From Anthoceros angustus (Eukaryota > Plantae > Anthocerotophyta): 64,000 nt of DNA. Below are positions 1-10,862 of the stretch, in pieces. The stretch covers positions 1,550,001-1,614,000 of the forward strand of contig MU008165.1 in NCBI GenBank assembly GCA_010909165.1, written 5' to 3'. Numbering within the stretch: the stretch's first letter is position 1; each line of letters starts with the position of its first letter. A program made the position numbers and the translations under genes. The notes under the pieces are model-generated. The model was not told the origin of the DNA. It made no database searches and saw only the letters and a program-made list of their open reading frames with translations.

Positions 1-3000
1 CTAACCTGCGTATCAATCGACATAGGAATCGTTCATAATTATCTTCGGTGGTTGCCTTCAAAATTATTTGATAAAGCTGGCAGAGTATGCTTACTTGAGA
101 AAGCTGTTTGAATCTATTTCGTTGGCTTTTGATGAGGCGGAAGAGGGTGTCAAATTGCTTTGATCGTTTGGCAATTTCGTCTCCTCTTTTGCGCAGAAAT
201 GTGGTAAATATGTCGTGTGCGCGAACTTTTTCCAGGGCTTCTTTCCACATATTCGTCTATGATGCTCAATTTGTTACAAATTTATAATGTTTTATAATAA
301 TGTAATATAAGATATATTACTGTAGAGAAATTAATACCTTCAAACAAACTTGTCGATTCATTCTTTGACATATTTTGACCATTTCTACGATTTGTTGTTC
401 TCTTGCTCGTTGTAAATCGGCTGATTCCGCAATATCTAACTCAAGCCTAAGTATCTGCACAAAGTTATGATGGAGTTTTTACGATCTTTTGGGGGTTTTA
501 TCATTTGTTTATGCTGGATGAAAGTACTAAAACTGGCATGAACGACAAGTATTAAAGCTATGCAAAGTTATGTTAGAGTATGATCTCTTGTGTTTTTTAT
601 CATGTGTGGGATGAAAGTACTAAAACTCGCATGAGCAACAAGTATTAAAGCTGTGCAAAGTTATGTTAGAGTATTTATGATCTTTTGAGTTTTTCATCAT
701 GTGATTATACTAAATGAAAGTATTAAACTGTCATGAGGATGTATGAAAGCTAGTATTAGAAACATACCAATCCATGTCCTTCATGTACTTTCTGAGTTAG
801 CTCTTTTCCCCATTTTTCCACCACAAGAAAATTGTGCATATGAGAATCAATTTCTTTCCTCAAGTCATTTGCTATTTGAGTCGCCTTAGTTTTTTTAGTT
901 GTAACCACTAATAGCTTCCAAAAGAACATAGAACAAAGTAAGATTATTTATTTATAGCATACTTATAGTAAACCTTAAATTAACAATTATTACTAATTTA
1001 TTTTTTAACAACTAATATTTTCAATAATTATATTTTTTTAGAGAAATAAAATTTATATTATTATTATTATTATCATACAAAAGTAAAATTTCTATAGCAC
1101 ATAAGATAAACTAACCTCATGTTGAAGGGACTCTCGTTCATTCAAAAGGCATGGTATATGTCCTTGAATTTGTTTTACAAGCACATCATCATTCTTTAGT
1201 CTACGAAGGACCTTATCTTTCTCCTTCACATGTTGAGCTAAATTATCTTGTTCTAATTTCAAATCTGTTAAGACAGCCTTCAACTGCATCTCTAAGTTTA
1301 CCTATCCTCCATTTAACAAGGAACTTACTTCAATTTCCCATGAATAATATGTACATCTCAAACCATCCGTACAAAAAAATCAAAAAGGACACCTTATCTG
1401 CAATATATTGATCTGCTTCAATTGTTGCCATTTCTTGATCTCTTTGTAGTTCCTCAATTGCTCGCTCCTTTGACACTTCAACGTTTCAGATGCAATATAT
1501 CAAGACAAGTTTTACAACTTTTGACTTAACTTCTCATATTTTAAAGAATAAAAACTCATAATTTTTAATCTCATGAGTTCTCTTGTTAAAGAACAAAATG
1601 AAAGGAAATCAATACCAATCAAAATAAAGCTTTATCTACCTTTTGTTCAATGAGCAAGAACGACCTATCCACATACATAGAACCCCTCTCGTACTCTCCA
1701 GTTAATTCCTCAATACTCTTGTTTACGCTGACTATCTCATGGTCAAGCTCATCAAGCTGTAAACATGCCCAAAGTAAATGGGTATGCGTATATTTATTAT
1801 CAAATACAATTGTGATATGGTGAATATTACTCATCCATATTGGATTCCAAATACTTCCAGAAGTTTATGAGAATTAATCTTCCATATACCTTGCCCACAT
1901 GACGAGCATCAGATAAACGAAGATTGGACAATGCATTGATTAAAATATCTGCCTACAAGTCCGAAAAAAAACCAAGTTATTAGAAGCATTGCAAGCATAT
2001 GTCATTTATCGAGTATAATTGATATGTGAATTTTCATAATATATATTACATCCTACCTGCTTTCGATATCTTTCAGGAACTCCATCAAAATTGATTAATT
2101 CACTATCGTTTTCTATTTTTTCAGACACCAATTCCCCAACTTCAGCTTCAACTACCTCAAGCTTTTCCCGAATGTCATCCACCTGCAACACACAATATTT
2201 ACTGACATTTGCATAAATTGTTATTACAACATGCATATAATACGCCAACCATTTACCTCTTTTTTCATTTGTTCAATGCGCATCTTGTCTTTACTCATTT
2301 TATCCACGAAGTCAGCAACCTCCAACTATATGAACAAGAAAAACAAAACCATTGTTGCTTGTTTTCTAGAGTTTTCTTGATTGGAAATACTTGAAATGTA
2401 TGACTTGACAAATATCTTCCTCTCGATCTATCTATGCTATTTACTTTTAGTTGATGAACAATGGGTGCTATTGCAGCAGCATGCTCTTTCTCTATTTCTT
2501 CAATTCTCTTTTTATGCTCTTCTGATATTCTCACTAGCTCACTCGTTTCAATCAACCACGTATTTTCCTTTTCCCTATAATTTGTGTTAATGAAAAGCTA
2601 ATTACAAACAAAGAAAAAAAGAAAATTGTATCCCAATGCTAGATTGAATGGGAAGTATATGGTCAGAACACTTCTATAAACCTGCAAAGTGCCGATTCCT
2701 GCTCTGCTTGCTCATGATCTTCACGTAGAAGGTCCAGAGTCGTTTCTTCTTCTTTCGATTCTGCAACAAGCTTCCGGTATTCAATTTGCTCCTTCTGCGG
2801 AATTCCATGGATCACAGCTCAGGTTCCTCCTATCCAACTTGCAGATCCCTAGGCATACAATAAGATTTTTGTCTCAGCATAGGACGCCATAACTAGCCTA
2901 CCCTTTCAATAGAAAAGAGAATTCATCCTTTATATAATTTAGATGTGTTCCAATAGTTCATATATAGGCTTCCCAAAACCTTACAGTCTCAAACAACATA

Positions 3001-3373
3001 CAAACCTGAAGTTGAATAGCCAGCTTTTGGCTTTCAATTTCCAAGCTCCTTTCTGCAGCAACATTACGAATAACTGCATGGCGTAGTTCTTCGTACCTAA
3101 CATTACAATATAAAAATCTTAGCAAATCTTGTGCCTCATATTCCAATAAACTTATATTTGCAAAAGAGCATAAACAAGAACATACTGTTTTCGAACTTTC
3201 TCTCCTGATTCAGGCCCAATAGCCTTGTTCTTCACGAGGTCTTCCAATTCTAATATGACTTTCAACTTGGAGATATCAGTGGTCAAGTCCACCACTTCCT
3301 TTGGCTCGAACGAAGATGAGCCTCCCGCATCACTCTTTTCCTTGAAAGAAGGTTGCTTTGCTTTCTTCTTCAT
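1..3373 (-). CDS. CCDC146: Coiled-coil flagellar/axonemal protein, CCDC146/MBO2 family (multi-exon; 3' end runs off the window start)
   Basis: Exon translations resemble human CCDC146 in order: YEELRHAVIRNVAAERSL (~YTLLHDAVMSTQESEVQL), QLKAVLTDLKLEQDNLAQHVKEKDKVLRRLK (~[31 protein letters not shown]), and the exon at ~95-255 KVRAHDIFTTFLRKRGDEIAKRSKQFDTLFRLIKSQRNRF (~[40 protein letters not shown]). ATG at 3373; GT-AG introns. Confidence 0.8.
456..750. repeat. Degenerate tandem repeat, ~95-bp unit x3, inside a CCDC146 intron
   Basis: The motif tgcaaagttatg..agagt...gatgaaagtactaaaact..catg...aagtattaaagct recurs at about 456, 561 and 654. Confidence 0.85.
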
Positions 3374-3819
3374 TTTCCCCTTTTAAAGATTGATGGCTTG
3401 AATTTGTTTATTGCACAATCACTCAAGACCTGGGCTGCCGAAGCTGGGAATCGAGTGATGCCACCAAAGTGGGTGCACTTTGTACTCTCGAAAATAGTGC
3501 TAAACTCCTTTCCGGGCGGGAGTGCCTTTTTCAAGTGGGTTTGTGGAGGAAGCCTGTAGCAAGAACACTGATAGGGCTACATATTGCCCGCAGGAAACAT
3601 CGGAACAAATGGCCGGCAAAAACGGATCCGTTGACCTCAACACATGACAAACTAAACTGAACTGAGATGAGGAGCCAAAACAGTTTCATTCATGGGAATT
3701 TGATACAGCAAGCCTTGACAAGTTACAAGATGGTGGTACATACAAGGAACACAATCCTGTCATGTTCCGGAAAGATGGTACAAGGAAGCAGAATCCCTCG
3801 GGTTCCAGGGGTTCTGGAT

Positions 3820-5439
3820 TCAGCCACCGATGTGGATCATCGGCCTGTTTTGGGTCCTGGCAAGCTCGAACATGCCTGCATGCGCAGCCTTCTTCCTCCG
3901 CACCTGCACCAACCCAACAGGCTGGACTCAGCAAATGTGAAGTACCTCAGCTGCATGAAGTACAGGAGCCAACAGGAAGGTGGAGAGGAGCCTCACCGCT
4001 GCTGCAATGATTCCCTGCAGCTCCGCATCGTCCGCCCCGGAGCGCAAAGCATCTCTCAGGCTCACCTGCAACAAGGGCAGGGAGCTGCTGGGTCAGGACA
4101 GCTGACCACAATGCAAGAACATACAAGGGCAGGTGATGCAGTGTGGGCATGGGCATGTCAGAACCTCTGCTGGGCCAAACAGGCAGACTTTGAAGTTGCC
4201 ATCAGCCATGAGGCGCAGACGGTTGCATCCCCCGCAGAAGTGCTCTGTCATGGAGGTGATGAAGGACACCGAGCCGTGGAAGCCGTCCACACGGAAATTC
4301 TTGGCTGTATCCGTGGGATGGTCTCGGAGTCTGTATAGGCTTGGGTGATGCTCCCTCTGCGTGAGAAAGCATCACAACCCAATTCTCAAGGCTCGTTCCA
4401 TATGGTATAGGAGCTTCCCCACAAGACCTCAGATAACATCCACCACAACATACCACTTTCGCCAGCATCTCTGCATACGACACCAGCTTCTTGGAGTTCC
4501 ACACATTGCCATCGAAGGGCATGAATTCGATGAACCGGACATTGATTGGCCTGTCCCTGGTGAGCTCCACGAAATCCAAAATCTCGTCGTCATTAAACCC
4601 ACGCATCACCACACAGTTCACCTGCCCACATCCACGCTCAAACATCACACCACCGTCGGCTCTTCCACACACCACATCAACCCAAAACACCATCTCAACA
4701 ACCCAACATCCCATCGCACCTTCACTGGCTGGAATCCCAGGTCCAACGCAGTCTGGATGGACTTAAGCACCCTGGAATGCCCCTTCCTCCTCGTCAAAAA
4801 CTCGAATTTCGCCGGCACCAGAGTGTCCAAACTGATGTTGAGCAAGTTCATCCCAGCAGCCTTGATGGCCTCCAGCTTCCTAGCCAGGATGAGCCCATTA
4901 GTGGTCATGGCAAGGGTCTTCAGCCCCTCCATCCTCCCCAACTCCCAACAAATGTCCTCCAGGTCCTTGGCTATGGTGGGCTCCCCTCCCGTGAGCCTGA
5001 TTTTGCTCACCCCTCCCCGCACAAACAACCCACCCAGCCGAACCACCTCATCCTTCCCCAGAAGCTTGGAATCCTGCGTCAGAGCCACCCCTTCCTCCGG
5101 CATACAATACTGGCACCGGAGATTGCACTTCTCTGTGAGGGAAATCCTGAGGTACGTATGCTTCCTGCCATGCGAGTCCACCAACATCTCCGACACCGAA
5201 GCGTCCTCCCCCGCCATCTCCTCCTCTCTCACCCTCGCCGATGCGGAAGCAGAGCTGAAAGCCCTGCCCTCGGGAACCCATCTCCACCCACCACCGCAAG
5301 CCGAAGTGGAAGGCTCGCAGGATTCAGGATTCCAACCCCCGCGCTGCAGAGACCCAGACCAGGGGGAAACAGCCCCGGCAGGCCGACAGAGAGCGGATGC
5401 GAGTGTCCGGGGAAGACGGAATCTGAGCCTGGCTGTCAT
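3820..5439 (-). CDS. CNX2: GTP 3',8-cyclase (MoaA-type radical SAM enzyme, molybdenum cofactor synthesis), with organellar presequence
   Basis: Motifs [19 protein letters not shown] (CxxxCxxC), [42 protein letters not shown], and C-terminal RPMIHIGG* (TGA at 3820-3822). About 5 exons. Confidence 0.96.
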
Positions 5440-5581
5440 GGTCGAATCCCGGGTCGGTGTTCGACATCCGCGCTCACTTTGAGCTGAGCCCGGGAAGCGT
5501 CAGGAGCACGGCTGGTGGGTGTGGTGAATTCCGTTCACCAGTCCGGTTCTTTGAAGGAATTGTGCAGGAAGCAGCAGGGGC

Positions 5582-7084
5582 ATGGCGAGCGGGGTGCGGC
5601 TGGGGCCAGGGCTGCCCACATTGCCCGCTGCTGTGGCGGCCCGGGCTGTTGCCCGTGTGGCTGCGCGGAGGCAGGTGGTGGCCAGGCTCGCGCCCCGACC
5701 CACATTCTGCGCTGCAGAGGAGAGAGGTGGGGAGCAGGAATCTGGCGGGGCCGGGGCCGGGGCCGGCGAGACTGAGAGAGAAGCAGGCCTGGAAGCTGCG
5801 GGCGTCGGAAGACGACTTCGAGGTGGAGGACGCCGTGGACTACGAGCTGGACTCGCCTGAGGACGATGAGGACGAGAACGACATGCGGGACTACGATCCC
5901 GAGCCCGACCTGCCCGTGGAGAATTTCCTGTTGACCCGCCAGAGCAAGACCTTGGATTTCTCTGAAGGGGAGCAGGTGGAGACGGTGGTGGACTACAAGA
6001 TCAAGGAGGACGACTTCCACAAGATCAGCCTCCATCAGTGTGATTTCTTCATCAGGAAGGTGGATGATCCTGATGGGGATGTGTACGATTTTGGAGAGGT
6101 GGGTTATCGCCGTGGAGGACGTTGCTGGGTGTGAGTGTGTGAATGCTGGGTATGTCCTGCTCCTCATCTCTGGCTGTTTGTTGATGTTGCAGATGTATGT
6201 CACACCCCCTGATACAGATGTGTATGCTATTCCGAAGAAGCAAGGGAAGATGCCCACGAAGGTAGTACATGTACCCTTGCTTGTGTTGTGCGTGCAGGAT
6301 ATTAGGTGCCTGGAGCTGAACGTACCTCTGCTTGCAGCCTGTTCGACTGACGATGAGCAACTACGAGTACATCTGTAACTCGGAGCTTCCGGCGGGTCCT
6401 CCTCGATCACCCATGAGCAAGAATGAGAAGCATGTCATGAAGGTTGCCGCCTTGCTTGAAGGCAAAGCGCTTATGCTCTTCTCTGTGATGTCGTTTCCAT
6501 GTGTTTTGCTTCCCGAGCAACTATGATGTGCAGTCCTGTGTGGAGAATCTCTTACCTGCATCTACCACCCATTGCAGGTGTTCCTCATGAAGCACTACAG
6601 GAACAGACGGCACGATGACTACGATTTTGTGTTGGACTTTGAAGAAGTTTATGTCATTGACACAAGGACCAAGACCATATGCAGGGCACCTGTGGAGGTA
6701 GGAAGGATATGAGATGTTTGTGGGGCACATGACGAGGACAGTGTGGTGATTGTGGGTCCATGGTTGGTCACGAGGGATATTTGTGCAGGTACATGTGCCA
6801 GGCGGGAAGAAACGTGACAGGTCTGACGATCTGCTAACTGTTAGAGACGATGGCAACTCCTTTCGCATCATACATCAGGTAAGGAACGATGTGTTTTTAT
6901 CAGGGACAAAGCGTGACATCATTTTGCTGGTTCCAACACTGATGGCCGTCCGACATGTGGCCTGCAGAATGAGAGGAAAACTCCATGCGAGATAGTCGGG
7001 TCATTGCAGTGGGAAAAATCACGAGAGATGATGGAGACCTATTTGCGTGGATTCAGGGACTACGAAGTTTCAAATTGGTTCTGA
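5582..7084 (+). CDS. PTAC6: Plastid transcriptionally active chromosome protein 6 (PEP-associated PAP8)
   Basis: VDYKIKEDDFHKISLHQCDFFIRK..D.YDF.EMYVTPPDTDVY, VFLMKHYRNRR, VPGGKKRDRSDDLLTVRDDGNSFRIIH, and C-terminal SNWF* (7082-7084). Ala/Arg-rich transit peptide from ATG 5582, joined to the main frame by an inferred intron (GT at 5675). Confidence 0.93.
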
Positions 7085-7329
7085 TGGGTAGTTTCAGGCG
7101 AGAAATGCTTTCCAGTTTTGTTCCAGAAACGTCATGTAATCCCACGGGAGAACTGTATATGCAAGTCATGACAAACATGGCCAGCGCCGCAGTCGTTCCT
7201 TCAGGAACCAACGTGTAATCTGCCTATGAATACTGAGCATGTATATTGTACGGCATCTACTTTGTGCCATCACATCTGAGTGTGTTCCCGTCTCAAGCCA
7301 GCAAATAGGATACCGAGATGATCAATTTC

Positions 7330-9984
7330 CTACAGAAACGGCAGCAACTTGGAGTCCACACGATGTGGCAGACTAGTCCGCGCACCCAGACCTCGGCAAC
7401 ATGAGGCAGCCTGAACGAACAAAGCGCTTGGGTTACACGGGATACACTCAGGTGAAAAAAGTGAACACACTTCAGCAAAGAAACTGACTGTAAAGGATTG
7501 TGTTGTACCACAACTGCTGCAAGGGGAAGCATCTTCTCCACTGGGTATCCAGCGCACAGTGCTGCAGGATCGAGAAACACAAAATTAGCTGGTGAAGGTT
7601 AAGTGTCTGAGCAAGTAACCAGACAGAAGCAGCTGCTTACAATACATAACAGCGCCGATGAAAGCATCTCCTGCTCCTGTCGTATCCACGAGCTCTGCAG
7701 GAGGGATCTCCTCAGCCGTTCCCCACAGAAGTCTTCCTGCTACTTCTTGGTCTCCAGAAGCATGTGTCCTCAGTCTACCCACCTGGAAATGAGGCATGAT
7801 ACTTACAGAACTGCATTCATGGCTGGCCCAAAAGATTCCCCTTTCACCACCGACGCGTGGGAGGATTCTTCACACCTTGGAAGAAACAACAGAAGGCTGC
7901 TTGTTGTTCCTTTGCTTGATTTCTTGTTTCAATGACTCCAAGGTTGTCTGTACATCCAGACTCTCAGCCTCTCGAGGATCTGTAGAGATCTACAAAGCAT
8001 TGAGATTTGGAAAACTTTTAGACAGTGTGACAGGACCACTAAGATCATTGTACGAATCCGACATGAGGTAACACAAAAGAGGGTGGAGATGGTGAAGGCA
8101 GGGGGATCTACAATTGCTCATTCAAGCAATACACATCCAGGACCAGACAGGGCGACAGGACCATTAAAATCATTGTAAGAAGCCGACAGGAGGTAACACA
8201 AAAGTGGGGTGGAGACGGTGAAGGCAGGGGGACCTGGAATTGCTCGTTCAAGCATTACACATCCAGCGCCACCAAGTGTCACAATCAAGAACTTCATTTG
8301 AGGCAATTTCAAGGCCATTGCAAGCACGGCTTCAGCCAGGGTGCTGGTCCCTGTCCATCCCTGCAGTTGGAAGTCGGTACACACAGCTACTTAGATCAGT
8401 AGTCACAAGCCTGGATAAACTTGGTCTGAAATTCACTGACGCTTCTTACCTTTGGAAAATTGGATGAACACACTACGTAGTCGGCAAATCCAAGCAGCTC
8501 AGTAAGCTTGTCCCTCTTGAAGTTCTCAGCATCCACGAGTACTGGGATTTGCAGCCGTGCTGCCTGGAAGCATTTCATGGTAAGGATACGCTGGAAACAT
8601 TCAAATAACTGTAGGTCCCTGGTGTGTGACAACAAGATGTAACCTGATTGGCAACAACAAGTGCAGCATCCCCAAACCGCCCATCAAAGTAGACCAAGTC
8701 AGATTGATGGAGAGCCCGACGGACAGAATCTTCAGATAAATCATCTGCTACGAATGTGGATGATATGGGTGTATGGATGCAGGTTCGTGTTTTCCTGCAA
8801 ACGTCGAATGCGTGCGGCCACCTCAGCCAATGGAGAGAGATGGACAGGAAATTCCAAAAAGATCTGGTCCACTTACTGCTGCTCGTCCACAATGATGTAG
8901 GTGAACGCGGAATTACCTCCTGATGCTACCTGCATGGCCAACATCAGCTAAACAACCAGCCACTTCGAGCAGCTGCAGCAGAAATCACCCTTTCAGACAC
9001 TGGATTATACAAGTACCCAACAACAAGCAGCAACAGTCCCGGTACCCATGAGATGAAACACTCACCACAATGTTGGAAATGTCGATCCCCTCTGCTTCTA
9101 ACTCTGCCAGTATTTGCTTCCCTGTCCCGTCATCAGCCACCTGAATGAACCCAAGAACCTCAGGGACAGGGCACGTGCTAGCATTAAAGGATAAGCATCA
9201 TGCTCATAACCCATGCGACTACCTTTGACACAGTTCTCGGGGTCAATCCAAGTCGAGCTGCTGCAGTCAAGGCGTTCCCAACACAACCGCCACCTTGCAC
9301 CTGCTCAGGATGCAACCGACACGTGACGAACCATCAAAGATAGATCAGCTAATCCCCTGTGTCACAAACTAGCAAACCTTTTAGAAACCAACTTGCAGGT
9401 CTGCTGAAAATTGTAGAGCTCACCTGAAAGGACGTAGATCGGATTTTGTCATCGGGATTAGGAAACTTGTCCACACTGGCGAGATAGTCCACACACAGTC
9501 CTCCAAACCCAACCTACAACACAAACAATAACCGGGTCAGAAGAAACTGGGAGACAGTTATGCACAAATCTTAGAGAAGAAAGACTCCCCTCACCAGAAT
9601 GCGCTTCTCAGGGAGATGAAGCTGTTTGGCCTTCTCACTGCTAGAAACTCCAGTAACTGCTCCAGCTGATGTGTCCATGGCATGTGCTGCTACGATTCTA
9701 CACATCAACAGTAAGAAATTCTCAGTTGCAGCGACGAATTCATCATTCCTTCGTGCATCATTCATCTGTGGTTCAGGCAAGCCCACAAACTTTGACAGCT
9801 TGAGGGACCCCGATTTTGCCCATCCCAGCTGCTGCCTTGTCCAGGACGTGGGGAGTGCACATCTTTTGTTCCAAGAAGAAGGCATCCGTCCGTCCACACA
9901 TTCAGAATTGCCATGCCCAATGGGTGCGTGAGATGCTTTGCATCTGACGATGCTGCTGGCCAGCTCTGCTGCAAGCAAGGCCAT
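7330..9984 (-). CDS. PfkB/ribokinase-family carbohydrate kinase, probably plastid-targeted
   Basis: ELVDTTGAGDAFIGAV (PfkB signature 2), IVTLGGAGCVML, VYFDGR, FPNPDDKIRSTS, and C-terminal CRGLGARTSLP. Many short exons; start ATG inferred. Confidence 0.9.
8018..8265. repeat. ~125-bp tandem duplication spanning an exon end and 5' splice site of the PfkB gene
   Basis: 8018-8140 and 8143-8265 share gacaggacca.taa.atcattgta.gaa.ccgaca.gaggtaacacaaaag.gggtggaga.ggtgaaggcaggggga...aattgctc.ttcaagca.tacacatccag. Confidence 0.9.
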
Positions 9985-10862
9985 GGCTACCCGCTTGGCC
10001 CGGGCTATGTCCAGGGGTAAAAGGCCAAGCCCGGTGAAAAAAGAGAGCCGTCCATGCAGCGGACGGAAGCTAGTCCCCCACACGTCCGTTGGGCGTACCC
10101 GGCTGACAGACGTCTACGGTGTGACGCAAGGCTCTTGCTGCGGCAGAGGCATTGGCAGAGGCGGTGGATAGACAGGGAACAACGATTGCACACAGCAAGC
10201 GTGTGTGGATTGGAATTGCAGCAGCCTCATCACCTGACACACGAATCTCCCTCCCCCTACCTGGTGGACTGTATGCGACACGATTTTGTTCTCTCTCTGA
10301 CGCTTCCTGGGGACCAGAATGCTTTGCTTATAAAAAGACAGAGATCACCTGGACAGTAGAAAGCAACGTCCAGGACTCGTGGGGATATCCATCATCGCAA
10401 CTCCATAGTCAGACTGGCTAACTGGCTGCACAGACGCTGCGTCCAAATCTGGTTGGTCGTCGCATTCCCGCCTCTCAGCAGGCTTGGGTCCTGCTAAATG
10501 CGTCACATCCTGCGAGGGGAGCCCACCGATGGTTTCTGTCAGCAGCCATTTGAATGATGGGGCGGTTGGGGCGAATTGGCGCTGCTTCTGGGCACGGTGC
10601 TCTCCGTCAGGACGGGGGGTTGCAGCTCATGGTGCTGGAGGCTGTGACTGGCGAGCTCTTGCTGACCGGAGCTAAAGCATTTCAAGGGGAGCTTGTGAGA
10701 GGGGATGGTTTTGGTTCCTGGGTTGTAGGGAAGGCAGTGGAGGGAGCTCTGGGAATGGGATGGGTGTGAGGTGAGGTGAGTTGAGGCGAGGTGAATTCAG
10801 GTGCTCTGAATTGTGAGCCCTTAGTGATTGCAGCTGAATTTGGAAGGGGAATTAGGACAGTC

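Noticed and set aside
5675-5786. Frame change between the pTAC6 transit peptide and mature region as evidence of a pseudogene
   Set aside because: Explained by a phase-0 intron (GT at 5675 to AG at 5717 or 5786) or by G-run assembly errors; the rest of the gene is intact.
4361-6410. Long antisense ORFs over CNX2 and pTAC6 (likewise over NPF, OMT and the last PPR)
   Set aside because: Shadow ORFs expected from biased codon usage on the real coding strand; no recognisable motifs.
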